Below are positions 47,323 through 59,931 of a stretch of 64,000 bases of DNA, in pieces; within the stretch, counting starts at the first letter, position 1, and each line of letters starts with the position of its first letter. The stretch spans positions 448,503-512,502 of the forward strand of contig CAVVBP010000012.1 in NCBI GenBank assembly GCA_963746535.1, in the 5' to 3' direction. Source of the stretch: Vicinamibacterales bacterium. GTDB taxonomy: Bacteria > Acidobacteriota > Vicinamibacteria > Vicinamibacterales > JAMQPK01. The position numbers and the translations under genes are program-made. Under the pieces are notes generated by a model, which saw only the letters and a list, made by a program, of their open reading frames with translations, was not told where the DNA came from and made no database searches.

Positions 47323-48213
47323 ATGGCCTGGTTCAAGAAGGTGCGCAAGGGCATCGCGGCCGACACCGCCGCGCCAAGCCGCGTCCCTGAAGGCCTGTGG
47401 GTGAAGTGCACGGGCTGCTCGCAGATCCTGTACAACAAGGATCTCGCGCAGAACATGAGCGTGTGTCCGAAGTGCGGTTTCCACTTCCGCATGGGCTCGC
47501 TCGATCGACTGCGGACGCTGTTCGACGGCCCCTGGACTGAATACGACCCCGGCCTGATGTCGACCGACCCGCTCGGCTTTACCGACACGAAACCCTACAA
47601 GACGCGCCTCAAGACCAGCATCGAGGCCACCGGGATGAAAGACGCCGTGGTCGTGGCCCGTGGCTGCATCGATGGCTACGAAGCGATCGTGGCGGCGATG
47701 GAGTACTCGTTCATCGGCGGCAGCATGGGCGTCGTCGTCGGCGAGAAGATCACGAGGGGGATCGAGCGCGCGCTCGCCACGCGCCGGCCGATGATTATCG
47801 TGTCCTGTTCGGGCGGCGCGCGGATGATGGAAGGGGCCCTGTCGCTGATGCAGATGGCGAAAATCTGCTCGGCGCTCGCGCGGCTGGACCAGGAGTGCGT
47901 TCCATATATTTCGGTGCTGACCGATCCGACGACCGGGGGCGTCACCGCGAGTTTCGCGATGCTCGGGGATCTCAACATCGCGGAACCCGGAGCGTTGATT
48001 GGTTTCGCCGGACCGCGCGTCATCGAGCAGACGATCAGGCAGAAGCTGCCCGAAGGATTCCAGCGGAGCGAATTCCTGCTCGAGCACGGGATGCTCGACC
48101 TCATCGTCGATCGGCGCGAGATGAAGGGCACCATCGCGAAGGCGCTTCGCTTCATGGGTCAGCAGCCGGTGGAAGCGGCCCCGCCGGAGCCCGTGGCCGT
48201 CACGGAGCCGTAG
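47323..48213 (+). CDS. accD: acetyl-CoA carboxylase carboxyltransferase beta subunit
   Basis: LWVKCTGC..CPKC, FIGGSMG..VGEKI, SGGARMMEG, TTGGVTASF and FQRSEFLLEHG motifs. Confidence 0.96.
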   Translation: MAWFKKVRKGIAADTAAPSRVPEGLWVKCTGCSQILYNKDLAQNMSVCPKCGFHFRMGSLDRLRTLFDGPWTEYDPGLMSTDPLGFTDTKPYKTRLKTSIEATGMKDAVVVARGCIDGYEAIVAAMEYSFIGGSMGVVVGEKITRGIERALATRRPMIIVSCSGGARMMEGALSLMQMAKICSALARLDQECVPYISVLTDPTTGGVTASFAMLGDLNIAEPGALIGFAGPRVIEQTIRQKLPEGFQRSEFLLEHGMLDLIVDRREMKGTIAKALRFMGQQPVEAAPPEPVAVTEP

Positions 48214-48215
48214 CT

Positions 48216-48275
48216 CCAGATACTCGAATCTACAATCTAGAAACTGAAATCTAGAATCTAGAAACCAGAATCTGG
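48216..48275. repeat. heptamer tandem repeat (AGAATCT-like)
   Basis: ccagatactcgaatctacaatctagaaactgaaatctagaatctagaaaccagaatctgg. Confidence 0.75.
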
Positions 48276-48284
48276 TCTCCCTTA

Positions 48285-49580
48285 ATGGATCCGCTTCAAT
48301 ACCTTCTTTCGCTCGAGAAGTTCGGGATCAAGTTCGGTCTGGCGAACATCGAGACGCTGACCTCGGCGCTCGGCCACCCGCAGAAAACGTTCAAGAGCAT
48401 TCTGGTCGCGGGCACCAACGGCAAGGGCTCGGTGACCGCGATGGTCGACTGCGCGCTCGGCAAATCGGGGTTGCGCGTCGGCCGTTACACCTCTCCGCAT
48501 CTCGTCCACCTGGAAGAGCGGTTTGCGATCGACGGCGCGCCGGTTCGCACGGAAGTGCTGAACCAGATGATCGAGGACGTGCGGACGCTCATCGACCGGC
48601 TCGTCGCGACGGGCGGCCTCGAGGCGCCACCCACGTTCTTCGAGGTGACGACCGCCATCGCGTTCGAGCTGTTCAGGCGCGCGGGCGTCCAGATGGCCGT
48701 CCTCGAAGTGGGTCTCGGCGGACGGCTGGATTCCACGAACATCGCCCAACCGATCGCCGCGGCGATTACGTCAATCGACTTCGATCACGAGCAATATCTC
48801 GGCAATACGCTCGCGGCCATCGCCGCCGAGAAGGCAGGCGTCATCAGGCGCGGCATTCCGGTCGTCGTCGGCCCCGTCCCGACCGAGGCGCGCGACGTGC
48901 TGGTGTCGATGTGCGATCTCGCGGGAGCCGAGTTCATCGAAGCGGACTCGAACGTCAGAATCAAGTCGAAGATCGAGGACGGCCGAACGATTCTTCATCT
49001 GAGGACGCCCACGCGCGACTACGGCTGGGTGCCGCTCGGCCTGCGGGGCGACCATCAGGTGCCGAACACCCTGGTGGCCGTCCGCCTGCTCGAAGAACTG
49101 GGACGCGTCGTCAACGTGCCCGCCGAATCGATCGTGGCCGGCATCCGCGACGTCAAGTGGGCGGGACGCCTGCAGATGGTGGAAGTCCCGGACGGACGCC
49201 GCGTGCTGCTCGACGCGGCTCACAATCCGGCGGGAGCGTGGGTCCTCGCGAGCTACCTGAAGCGCGAGTTCCCCGAGCCGCTTCCGATCGTCTTCGGTGC
49301 GATGCGCGACAAAGACGTCGCGCTCATGCTGAAGAATCTGCTCCCGGCGGCCTCGGCGATGGTCATGACCGAAGCGGCGACACCCCGGGCCCACGGGGCG
49401 GCGGAACTGGCGCAGATCGCGCGCAAGATCGCACCCAAAGCGAAGATTGACGTCGAACCCGACCCGAAGCGCGCGCTCGAGCGCGCGTGGCGGCGCTGTC
49501 CGGTGGCGTGCGTCGCCGGATCGATCTTTCTCGTCGGCGATATCCTCGGCGCCCTCGGCCCATCGGTGCGCGATCTGTAG
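48285..49580 (+). CDS. folC: folylpolyglutamate synthase / dihydrofolate synthase
   Basis: VAGTNGKGS, YTSPHL, TFFE, LEVGLGGRLDSTN and LLDAAHNP motifs. Confidence 0.95.
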   Translation: MDPLQYLLSLEKFGIKFGLANIETLTSALGHPQKTFKSILVAGTNGKGSVTAMVDCALGKSGLRVGRYTSPHLVHLEERFAIDGAPVRTEVLNQMIEDVRTLIDRLVATGGLEAPPTFFEVTTAIAFELFRRAGVQMAVLEVGLGGRLDSTNIAQPIAAAITSIDFDHEQYLGNTLAAIAAEKAGVIRRGIPVVVGPVPTEARDVLVSMCDLAGAEFIEADSNVRIKSKIEDGRTILHLRTPTRDYGWVPLGLRGDHQVPNTLVAVRLLEELGRVVNVPAESIVAGIRDVKWAGRLQMVEVPDGRRVLLDAAHNPAGAWVLASYLKREFPEPLPIVFGAMRDKDVALMLKNLLPAASAMVMTEAATPRAHGAAELAQIARKIAPKAKIDVEPDPKRALERAWRRCPVACVAGSIFLVGDILGALGPSVRDL

Positions 49581-49663
49581 CGATTTTCGCGAGCCGTCGC
49601 GCTTGCCTCCTCCGCGCGTGCGGGGTATCCTTCGAAAAGCCTGCTGATTTCGCTTACGTCTGC

Positions 49664-51970
49664 ATGATCAATCTGTTCCGGGGCTCCCTGGTTGCCATCG
49701 CTCTGCTCCTTGCGGCGCCCCGTTTCGCCGCCGCACAAATCACCGATATTCCCGGCTTCGACACGGTGCTGGCACAGATACAGGAGCGCCTCGGCGACAA
49801 CCGCATCATCTTCCGGGAAGCGGTCGAGATGGAGCAGGGCAACATGAAGTTCTACGCCGACTACGTCGAGTACTACGTCGAAAGCAACCGGCTGGTCGCG
49901 ACCGGCAACGTGCTGCTCATCGAGCCCAGTCATCAGATTGCCGCCGAGCGCGCCGACTTCAACGCGAAGACGCGCCTCGGCACTTTCTACACCGCGCAAG
50001 GGTTCGCGGCACTCGGCAAACAGGCCGACCCCGGCATGCCGGGCACGATCGATCCGGACGTGCAGTTCTACGGCGAGACGCTCGAGAAGGTCAGCGAGGA
50101 CACCTACATCATCTCGAAGGGCGGATTCACGTCGTGCGTGCAGGCCAACCCGCGTTGGCAGATGACGTCGGGATCGCTCCGGCTCCGCGTCGATCACTAC
50201 GCCCTGCTGAAGAACATGATGCTCAAGGTGAAAGGCGTGCCGGCGCTGTATCTCCCTTACATGTACTACCCGCTCAGCAAGGACAACCGGAACACGGGTT
50301 TCCTGATGCCGAGCTATGGCGCCTCGAGCTACAAGGGGCAGACGATCAGCAACGCGTTTTTCTGGGCGATCAACCGCAGCCAGGACGCCACGATCCTGCA
50401 CGACTGGTACTCGAAGACGGGCCAGTCCATCGCCGGAGAATATCGGTACCTCTCTCTCGGCGGCTCTGGCAACCTGCGCACGACGTTTCTCGACGAACAT
50501 CCCACCACCTACGTCGTCGACGGTTCGAACGTCGAGCAGGCTGGACGCCGTGCGTACGGGGCGTACGGCAACATGAGCCAGCAGCTGGGCGGAGGATGGT
50601 ACGCTCAGGGCCGCGCCGACTATTCGTCCGACCTCACGGTCAACCAGGTGTACAGCACAGACATCCTCCGCGCCTCCCAGCGAACGCGGTCGTACGGCGG
50701 CTCCGTGAGCGGCACCACCAAAGGCCTTCGCATCACCGGGACGGTCGATCGCAACGAGTATTTCGCCGAGAACAGCACGTCGTCGGTGCGCGGCAACACG
50801 CCGCGGATCAACCTGTCGCGTCCCGACCGCCTGCTTCCCAAACTGCCGATCTACGCATCGCTCAACTCCGAATACCTTCGTCTTGAATCCAGAGGCCACG
50901 ACGCAGAAGGCGTCTTGACCCGGGACGACGGAGTTCACCGGATCGACGTCACGCCGGCCATCCGTTTTCCGTTCAACAAGCTCGCGTTCCTGGCCGTAAA
51001 TACCACCGCACGTTTCGCGAACACCTTCTGGTCGGAGAGCCTCCCCACGAACCCGCTAAACGGAGACACGGTCCAGGGCCGGCTCGACAAATCGATCAGC
51101 CGGCACTTTCTCGAGTTGAGCAGCGAGGTGAGCGGCCCTACGCTCGTGAGAATCTGGGATGCGCCCAAGAGCTCGTACGCACAGCGCTTCCGCCACTCGA
51201 TCGAGCCGTTCATGTCGTACGTCTACCGGACCCCTATCGACAACTTCAACGCGATTCCGAAGCTGGAAGGCTCGGATCGGATCGTCGGCAACGCGACGTC
51301 CTTCGCCTACGGCATGAACACGCGGTTTTACGCCAAGCGCACGGTCGATGGCCCGCGCGCGATCCCGCGCGAGGTGATCACCGCGTCGCTGCGGCAGACG
51401 TACTACACCGACGCCCGCTCGATTGAGTCGGACGCCGAGCAGCGCTCCCGTACCGGTGTCATACCCGTCTCGAAGTTTTCGCCCGTCTCGTTGTCCGTCC
51501 GCACGTCGCCGTTCAACGGCGTCACCGGGACGTTCAGGACCGACTATGACGGACGGTACAGCCGCTTCAGAGGGCTCAGCGCCGGCGGCGGGTGGGAAGA
51601 GCCACGCGTGTCGGTGCTGGCCGACTGGAGCAACGTGCGCTTCCGGCCCAACGCTCTGGGAGCGAACAGCATCAGGCCGAGCCAGTACTTCAATTCCAAC
51701 CTGAACCTGCGGTTCCAGGAGAACCGCTACGGCTTCATCCACCAGCTCAACTGGGACATAAAGAGCCAGTCGCTGCTCCAGCACCGCATTGCCGGCTACT
51801 ACAACGCGCAGTGCTGCGGTTTCTCGGCCGAATACCAGTTCATCGATCTCAGCCGGGTTGCCACGTCGGCGGTACCCCAGGACTCGCGATTCCACTTCTC
51901 GGTCACGCTCGGCGGCATCGGCAACGTGTCGAACATCTTCGGCGCGATGAGCGGGATGCCGGGCAAGTGA
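49664..51970 (+). CDS. lptD: LPS-assembly outer membrane protein LptD
   Basis: Signal peptide; jellyroll N-terminus, FTSC..P.W, TGFLMP, beta-barrel and Y..QCC near the C-terminus. Confidence 0.8.
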   Translation: MINLFRGSLVAIALLLAAPRFAAAQITDIPGFDTVLAQIQERLGDNRIIFREAVEMEQGNMKFYADYVEYYVESNRLVATGNVLLIEPSHQIAAERADFNAKTRLGTFYTAQGFAALGKQADPGMPGTIDPDVQFYGETLEKVSEDTYIISKGGFTSCVQANPRWQMTSGSLRLRVDHYALLKNMMLKVKGVPALYLPYMYYPLSKDNRNTGFLMPSYGASSYKGQTISNAFFWAINRSQDATILHDWYSKTGQSIAGEYRYLSLGGSGNLRTTFLDEHPTTYVVDGSNVEQAGRRAYGAYGNMSQQLGGGWYAQGRADYSSDLTVNQVYSTDILRASQRTRSYGGSVSGTTKGLRITGTVDRNEYFAENSTSSVRGNTPRINLSRPDRLLPKLPIYASLNSEYLRLESRGHDAEGVLTRDDGVHRIDVTPAIRFPFNKLAFLAVNTTARFANTFWSESLPTNPLNGDTVQGRLDKSISRHFLELSSEVSGPTLVRIWDAPKSSYAQRFRHSIEPFMSYVYRTPIDNFNAIPKLEGSDRIVGNATSFAYGMNTRFYAKRTVDGPRAIPREVITASLRQTYYTDARSIESDAEQRSRTGVIPVSKFSPVSLSVRTSPFNGVTGTFRTDYDGRYSRFRGLSAGGGWEEPRVSVLADWSNVRFRPNALGANSIRPSQYFNSNLNLRFQENRYGFIHQLNWDIKSQSLLQHRIAGYYNAQCCGFSAEYQFIDLSRVATSAVPQDSRFHFSVTLGGIGNVSNIFGAMSGMPGK

Positions 51971-52012
51971 CAGGCCGCCGCGCCGGATAATGTTCTACAC
52001 TTTGACGCAGCA

Positions 52013-52885
52013 ATGAAAGGGATCCTGCTGGCCGGCGGGGCCGGAACCCGCCTGCATCCGCTCACGCTGGTCGTCTCCAAACAGCTCCTGCCGATTTACA
52101 ACAAGCCGATGGTCTATTACCCGCTCTCGACGCTGATGCTGGCGGGTATCCGGAAGATCCTGATCATTTCGACGCCGTCCGATCTCGACCTCTTCCGCCG
52201 GCTCTTGGGCGACGGCAGCCACCTCGGGCTCGACCTCGAATACGCGGCCCAGGCGCGACCCGAAGGGCTCGCGCAGTCCTTCGTCATCGGCCGCGAGTTC
52301 ATCGGCTCGGACTCCGTGGCGCTCGCGCTGGGCGACAACATCTTCTACGGACACGGGCTCACCGACGTGCTGCGTTCGGCAAGCGTGCGCGAAACAGGTG
52401 GAACGGTGTTCGCGTATACCGTCAAGGATCCGCAGCGATACGGGGTCGTGGAATTCGGCGACGACGGCCGGGCCGTCAGCATCGTCGAGAAACCCAGGAA
52501 ACCGAAGTCGCAGTGGGCGGTCACGGGCCTGTATTTTTACGATAATCAGGTGGTCGATATCGCCGGGTCGCTCAAACCGTCGGGCCGCGGCGAGCTTGAA
52601 ATTACCGACGTGAATCGCGCCTACCTCGAACGCGGGGCGCTGCATGTCGAGCGGTTGGGACGCGGCATCGCCTGGCTCGACACGGGCACGTACGAGGCGC
52701 TGTTGCACGCCGCCAACTTCGTACAGAGCATCGAGGAACGTCAGGGCCTGATGATGGCGTGTCTCGAGGAGATCGCTTTCCGCCTGGGATACATTTCCGC
52801 CGATGACGTGCGCCGTCTGGCGCAAGGCATGACAGGAAGTTACGGCCGATACCTGCTGGACATCCTCGACCACGATGCCGTTTAG
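52013..52885 (+). CDS. rfbA: glucose-1-phosphate thymidylyltransferase
   Basis: [29 protein letters not shown] and WLDTGT motifs. Confidence 0.97.
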   Translation: MKGILLAGGAGTRLHPLTLVVSKQLLPIYNKPMVYYPLSTLMLAGIRKILIISTPSDLDLFRRLLGDGSHLGLDLEYAAQARPEGLAQSFVIGREFIGSDSVALALGDNIFYGHGLTDVLRSASVRETGGTVFAYTVKDPQRYGVVEFGDDGRAVSIVEKPRKPKSQWAVTGLYFYDNQVVDIAGSLKPSGRGELEITDVNRAYLERGALHVERLGRGIAWLDTGTYEALLHAANFVQSIEERQGLMMACLEEIAFRLGYISADDVRRLAQGMTGSYGRYLLDILDHDAV

Positions 52886-53444
52886 ATTCGAGCGACTCGC
52901 GATTCCCGAAGTGCTGCTGATCGAGACCCATGAGGTCGGCGATGGCAGGGGCTTCTTCAGGGAAATCTACAAGCGCTCTTCGTTCGCGGCCGCGGGTATC
53001 AGCGAAGTCTTCGTGCAGGAGAATCAGTCGAGCTCGCCCCGTGGCGTGTTGCGCGGCCTGCACTACCAGCGGCCTCCCCACGCGCAGAGCAAGCTCGTGC
53101 GGGTCATCGCCGGCCGGATTTTCGACGTGGCGGTCGATCTTCGGCCCGATTCCCCGACGATGGGCCGGTGGGTCGGAACAGAGTTGTCCGCCGACGACCG
53201 CAAGATGATTTACATTCCTTCGTGGTGCGCGCACGGATTCTGCGTGCTGAGCGAGCGTGCCGACGTCGTGTATCACACGTCGAGTGAGTACTCACCCGAC
53301 CACGAGGCCGGGGTCGCGTGGAACGATCCCGCGCTTGCCATCGATTGGCCCGTGACAAACCCAATCACGTCGCCACGCGACAGCAGCTGGCCGCCGTTGA
53401 TGCTGGCGCGGGCAGCTTCGAGCCGGACGGCTGGAGACACGTAA
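52875..53444 (+). CDS. rfbC: dTDP-4-dehydrorhamnose 3,5-epimerase
   Basis: [33 protein letters not shown] and HGFCVL motifs. Confidence 0.95.
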   Translation: MPFRFERLAIPEVLLIETHEVGDGRGFFREIYKRSSFAAAGISEVFVQENQSSSPRGVLRGLHYQRPPHAQSKLVRVIAGRIFDVAVDLRPDSPTMGRWVGTELSADDRKMIYIPSWCAHGFCVLSERADVVYHTSSEYSPDHEAGVAWNDPALAIDWPVTNPITSPRDSSWPPLMLARAASSRTAGDT

Positions 53445-54457
53445 TGGTGGATGTGCTCGTCACGGGCGGCGCGGGGTTCATCGGCAGCAACTTCGTGCGC
53501 CACGCCCTCCACGTACACCCCGACTGGCGCATCACGACGCTCGACAAGCTGACCTACGCCGGGCGGATGGAGACGCTCCACGACGTCATCGACAACCCGC
53601 GCCACAGGTTCGTGCGGGGCGACGTGGCCGATGCCGCCGTGGCGGCGCCGCTGGTCCTCGAGTCCGAGATCGTCGTGCACTTCGCGGCCGAGACCCACGT
53701 CGACCGATCGATTCTGGAGGCGGGCGAATTCATCAAAACCGACGTCATCGGCACGTTCGTCCTGCTGGAGGCGGCACGTGCCGCGAAGCGGCTCCGCCGG
53801 TTCATCCAGATCTCGACCGACGAGGTGTACGGCAGCGTCGCCCAGGGCTCGAGCGTCGAAACCGACGAGCTGCGGCCGCGGAATCCGTATGCGGCCAGCA
53901 AGGCCGGCGCCGATCGGCTGGCTTACAGCTACTGGGCCACCTACGAGGTCCCCGTCATCATCACCCGCGCGTCCAACAACTACGGGCCGTACCAGTTTCC
54001 GGAAAAAGTCATCCCGCTCTTCATCACGAACGCGCTCGATAACGCGTCGGTGCCGCTTTACGGGGAGGGCCTCAACGTCCGCGACTGGATGCACGTCATG
54101 GATCACTGCCGCGGCATCGACGTCGCCATCGAACACGGCAGGCTCGGCGAGGTGTACAACATCGGAGGCGGCAACGAGGTCCGGAACGTCGACCTTACAC
54201 ACATGCTGCTTCGTCTGGCCGATCGCCCCGAAACGCTCATCAGGAAAGTGCAGGATCGGCAGGGTCACGACAAGCGTTACAGCCTCGACACCACGAAGCT
54301 GCGCGCGCTCGGCTGGCAGCCTCAGGTGCCGTTCGAGCAGGGCCTGACGGACACCGTCCGTTGGTACAGCGACAACCAGTGGTGGTGGCGCCCTATTAAA
54401 GAAGAAGACCCCGCCTTCCGGGCGTACCACCAGACTCAGTACGGCTCGCGGCCGTGA
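53444..54457 (+). CDS. rfbB: dTDP-glucose 4,6-dehydratase
   Basis: VTGGAGFIGSNF, DKLTYAG, AAETHVDRS, ISTDEVYG and NPYAASK motifs. Confidence 0.95.
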   Translation: MVDVLVTGGAGFIGSNFVRHALHVHPDWRITTLDKLTYAGRMETLHDVIDNPRHRFVRGDVADAAVAAPLVLESEIVVHFAAETHVDRSILEAGEFIKTDVIGTFVLLEAARAAKRLRRFIQISTDEVYGSVAQGSSVETDELRPRNPYAASKAGADRLAYSYWATYEVPVIITRASNNYGPYQFPEKVIPLFITNALDNASVPLYGEGLNVRDWMHVMDHCRGIDVAIEHGRLGEVYNIGGGNEVRNVDLTHMLLRLADRPETLIRKVQDRQGHDKRYSLDTTKLRALGWQPQVPFEQGLTDTVRWYSDNQWWWRPIKEEDPAFRAYHQTQYGSRP

Positions 54458-55365
54458 GCGGCGTCCTGGTCACAGGTGCCCGCGGCTTTGCGGGCAGCCA
54501 TCTCGTCAAACACCTCAGGCAATCGGGCGTCGCCGTCACCCCCTGGACACGGCAGGACGTCGACCTGCTCGATCGAGAGGCGGTGCGGCGCGCCATCTCA
54601 ACGCTGAAGCCGGATGTGGTCTATCACTGCGCCGGCGTCGCGCACGTCGGACAGTCCTTCAACAACGTCAGCGACACATTTGCCGCGAACGTGCTGGGCA
54701 CGCATCACCTCTTGCAGGCCCTGCGCATCGCCGGTGTCAACGCCCGCGTCCTCGTCACGGGCTCGTCGCTGGTGTACCGCCAGTCGGATCGCGCGCTCAG
54801 CGAGGACGATCCGACTGGACCGGCCACGCCTTACGCGGTCAGCAAGCTCGCACAGGAAATGCTCGGCCGGCGCGGCATCGAGGAAGACGGACAGCAGGTC
54901 TTGTTTTCCCGCTCGTTCAACCACACTGGACCAGGGCAGGATTCGTCGTTCGCCGCCCCGTCGTTCGCCCGCCAGATCGCCCGAATCGAGCTGGGACAGG
55001 GCCCGCCGGAAATCGCGGTCGGCAATCTCGACGCGGCGCGCGACCTCCATGACGTGCGCGACACGGTTCGCGCGTATGCCGCCATCGTCGAGCGCGGGAA
55101 ACCCGGCAGGATCTACAACGTCTGCGCCGGGGCCACTTACAAGATTGGCGACGTGCTCCAACGAATGGTCTCGCTGAGCCGCGTACCCGTCACGATCAAA
55201 GTTGATGAGAGCCGCTACCGGCCGAGCGACAACCCTGTCCTGCTGGGCGATCGCGGGCGCATCGAGCGAGAGCTTGGCTGGAAGCCCGAAATCCCACTGG
55301 ATCGGACCTTGGCGGATCTCCTTGATTATTGGCGAAGAAAAGGCGAAGATGCCATGCCGCCGTGA
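54454..55365 (+). CDS. NDP-sugar 4-reductase of the Rmd/GMD-like SDR branch
   Basis: TGARGFAGSHL, GSSLVY, TPYAVSK, RSFNHTGPGQ and VGNLDAARD motifs. Confidence 0.8.
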   Translation: MSGVLVTGARGFAGSHLVKHLRQSGVAVTPWTRQDVDLLDREAVRRAISTLKPDVVYHCAGVAHVGQSFNNVSDTFAANVLGTHHLLQALRIAGVNARVLVTGSSLVYRQSDRALSEDDPTGPATPYAVSKLAQEMLGRRGIEEDGQQVLFSRSFNHTGPGQDSSFAAPSFARQIARIELGQGPPEIAVGNLDAARDLHDVRDTVRAYAAIVERGKPGRIYNVCAGATYKIGDVLQRMVSLSRVPVTIKVDESRYRPSDNPVLLGDRGRIERELGWKPEIPLDRTLADLLDYWRRKGEDAMPP

Positions 55366-56384
55366 AGACGCACCCTCTCCTCTTTAATCTCGCCCCTCCG
55401 AAACCAACGACCCGCGAAGTCGCCCGCCAGGTGAAGGAGCACGGCGCAGCCGAAGGGCTGACGAACGCCGCACATCTGGCCGACGGCGCGACCTATCAGG
55501 AAGTCATCTGCCGCTCCGCTCTGAATCCCGTCAAAGGCATGCCCTTCAACTGGACGTTGAACCCCTATCGCGGGTGCACGCATGGCTGCCACTACTGCTT
55601 CGCCCGCCGCTATCACGTCCAGTTCGAGCTCAACAGCGACGATGCGTTCTCTTCGGTGATCCTGGTGAAGCGGAACTTCGTCGAGGTGCTCCGGAAGGAG
55701 CTCGACAAGCCGTCGTGGAAGCGCGAGTACGTCGCCGTCGGCACGGCAACCGACGTCTACCAGCCCATCGAAGGCCAGTACAAGCTCACGCGCAGGTCGC
55801 TCGAAGCCCTCGCGCTCTCGCGCACGCCGGCGGGTATCATCACGAAAGGCCCGATGATCGTGCGCGACAAGGACGTGCTCCAGGAGCTGTCGAAGCGCGC
55901 CGGCTGCACGGTCTACGTCAGCGTGCCGACCGTGGACGAAGAGGCCTGGCGGACGCTCGAGCCCGGCACAGCGCATCCGTTGCAGCGCCTGCGCGCCGTT
56001 CGCGAGCTGAACGACGCGGGCGTGCGGGCCGGCGTCCTGATGAATCCGATCGTGCCTGGCCTCACGTCACAACCCGCCCGGCTCGAGCAAACCATCAAGG
56101 CCATCGCCGATCATGGCGCGGCGTTCATGGGCACCAACCTCCTCTACCTGAAGGACGGCACACGCGTGCACTTCATGAACTATCTGGAGAAGCACTTCCC
56201 CGTCCTGGCGACGAAGTACCGGACGCTCTATCGCGGCGCGTACGCACCCGAGTCGTACGCGAAGGAAGTTCGCGGCATGGTGAAGATGCTGCAGAAGAAA
56301 CACCGGGTGACGCGGCGGGATGAGAATGAACCGGAAATACGCCACCCGCGAGGCGGCCTAGAGCAGGGGACCTTGGACTACTGA
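55362..56384 (+). CDS. radical SAM protein (SplB/Rv2578c-like)
   Basis: GTGA overlap start; NPYRGCTHGCHYCFAR CxxxCxxC, TDVYQPIE and ITK motifs. Confidence 0.88.
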   Translation: MKTHPLLFNLAPPKPTTREVARQVKEHGAAEGLTNAAHLADGATYQEVICRSALNPVKGMPFNWTLNPYRGCTHGCHYCFARRYHVQFELNSDDAFSSVILVKRNFVEVLRKELDKPSWKREYVAVGTATDVYQPIEGQYKLTRRSLEALALSRTPAGIITKGPMIVRDKDVLQELSKRAGCTVYVSVPTVDEEAWRTLEPGTAHPLQRLRAVRELNDAGVRAGVLMNPIVPGLTSQPARLEQTIKAIADHGAAFMGTNLLYLKDGTRVHFMNYLEKHFPVLATKYRTLYRGAYAPESYAKEVRGMVKMLQKKHRVTRRDENEPEIRHPRGGLEQGTLDY

Positions 56385-56387
56385 CGT

Positions 56388-56445
56388 GTCATGGCAGATA
56401 GCAAATGGCAGATGGCATTTTCGGCCATTCGCCATTCGCCATGAC
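56388..56445. repeat. inverted heptamer array (ATGGCAG / GCCATTC) between convergent genes
   Basis: gtcatggc ... gccatgac terminal inverted repeat with internal tandem units. Confidence 0.8.
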
Positions 56446-57289
56446 TATCGAAGGTTCATCAGCGCCTGAATGCGCTGCTCGGTCGGCGGATGCGTGCTGA
56501 ACATGCTCATGCAGCCCGCCGCCGGAGAACGGCTTCACGATGAACATGTGCGACGTCGCCGGATTCGCGTCGAGCGGAATCCGCTTCGATGCGCACCTCG
56601 AGCTTGCGCAGCGCGTTCATGAGGCCGTAAGGCGTACCCGCGATTCTGGCGCCCCCCGCGTCGGCGAGCAAACTCGCGCGACCGCGAAATCGCCGCCTGG
56701 ACCAGCGTCGCGGCCAGCGGCGCAACGATGATCGTCGCGAGCATCGCAATCGGGTTCGACCCGCCCCGCTCGTCGCGGCTGCTGCCGCCGCCGAACATCG
56801 CCGCGAACTGCGCCATGCGCGCCACCATCATGATCGCGGCCGCCACGGTCGCCGCCACCGAGCTGATCAGGATGTCGCGGTGCTTCACGTGCGCCAGCTC
56901 GTGCGCGATGACGCCTTCCAGCTCCGCGTCGTCGAGCAGCTGGAGGATGCCCTCGCGTGGCGGCGACCGCCGCATGGCTGGGGTTGCGGCCGGTGGCAAA
57001 CGCGTTCGGCGACATGTCGGGAATGACGTAGACCTTGGGCATCGGCAGACCGGCCTGCGTCGCCAGCCGGCGCGTGACGACCGCAAGCTTGTGATCCGGC
57101 CCGACTTCCTGCGCGCCGGTACATCTTCAGCACGATCTTGTCGGAGAACCAGTACGACGCGAAGTTCATGACGACCGCAAAGCCGAAGGCCATCACAAGA
57201 CCCTGCGAACCGCCGAGCAGGTCGCCAATCGCAAGCAGGAGCCCGCTCAGAAGACCCAGCAGCAGGACAGTTTTCAGAGAGTTATTCAT
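56445..57289 (-). CDS. htpX: M48 zinc metalloprotease HtpX (five +1 frameshifts as given)
   Basis: Reassembled across frames: [45 protein letters not shown] and [11 protein letters not shown]; 845 nt = 280 codons +5. Confidence 0.85.
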
Positions 57290-57363
57290 ATATGCATTTA
57301 GACGAGTGGCGAGCGACGGCGGTTTCGAGAGCCAGGGTCTATCGTACCCGATATAATGTGCGA

Positions 57364-57918
57364 ATGCGGCGCGTCGGGTTCACGATAATTGTTGTGTTTG
57401 CTGCCGGTTGGCTGCAGCTGGCCGCGCAAACGCCTCAACCCTTTCCGGGCCGGCCGGCTCCCCCTCGTCCCTCGCCGGCACCCCCGAAAACCGCTACGCC
57501 GCCCCCGACGACGACGCCTGCGGCTCCCGAACCCCCCGCCGTGCCAAAGCCGGCACCGCCAACCGAAGCCGTCCTGGGATTTCCGATCTATCCAAACGCA
57601 CAGTTCATCGCCACCTACGACGCCGGGCGCGGGCAGCAATACCATTTGTTCGGCAGCGAAATGCCGTTCGCGGCTCTGGTCAAGTACTACCAGAGCGCGT
57701 TGAAGACAAAGGGAACGCTCGTGTTCGATGCTCCGGCCGTCCATCTGTTCGAAGTCGGACGCTACCGTGAAGAGACGATGGCGTATCCGCCGGGCGTGAC
57801 GATCAAGGACTACACGTGGAACGGCAGTGCAGGCTACATGAATCCCGAGAAGAACGGAAAGCCCGCGCGCTTCCCCTCAATCATCCAGATCGTGGCGGTC
57901 CCGCCCGGGCCGCGCTAG
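57364..57918 (+). CDS. exported hypothetical protein with Pro-rich linker
   Basis: Signal peptide, Pro/Thr-rich segment, globular C-terminus; TATAAT 6 nt before the ATG. Confidence 0.75.
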   Translation: MRRVGFTIIVVFAAGWLQLAAQTPQPFPGRPAPPRPSPAPPKTATPPPTTTPAAPEPPAVPKPAPPTEAVLGFPIYPNAQFIATYDAGRGQQYHLFGSEMPFAALVKYYQSALKTKGTLVFDAPAVHLFEVGRYREETMAYPPGVTIKDYTWNGSAGYMNPEKNGKPARFPSIIQIVAVPPGPR

Positions 57919-57927
57919 CGCGACGGA

Positions 57928-59750
<1,823 letters not shown>

Positions 59751-59787
59751 CGGAATCTCCTTACGGAAGGGCGGAACCAGGCGGGAC

Positions 59788-59873
59788 CGCGCTCCCTTCG
59801 CCGGTGTCAACCGGTGCAGGTTCCAAGGGTTTTGTCTCAATCGCCGCTGTCATCAGCGGGATACCCCTGGCGG
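59788..59873 (-). ncRNA. TPP riboswitch
   Basis: Minus strand CCAGGGGU..UUGAGA..ACCC..GAACCUG.ACCGGUUGACACCGGCGAAGGGA upstream of thiC. Confidence 0.92.
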
Positions 59874-59892
59874 TAAATCACACTATACCGCA

Positions 59893-59921
59893 TTGGAAGA
59901 TTGGTAGATTGGAAGATTGGG
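59893..59921. repeat. octamer tandem repeat GATTGG(A/T/G)AG
   Basis: cattggaagattggtagattggaagattggg. Confidence 0.7.
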
Positions 59922-59931
59922 AGATTACAAA

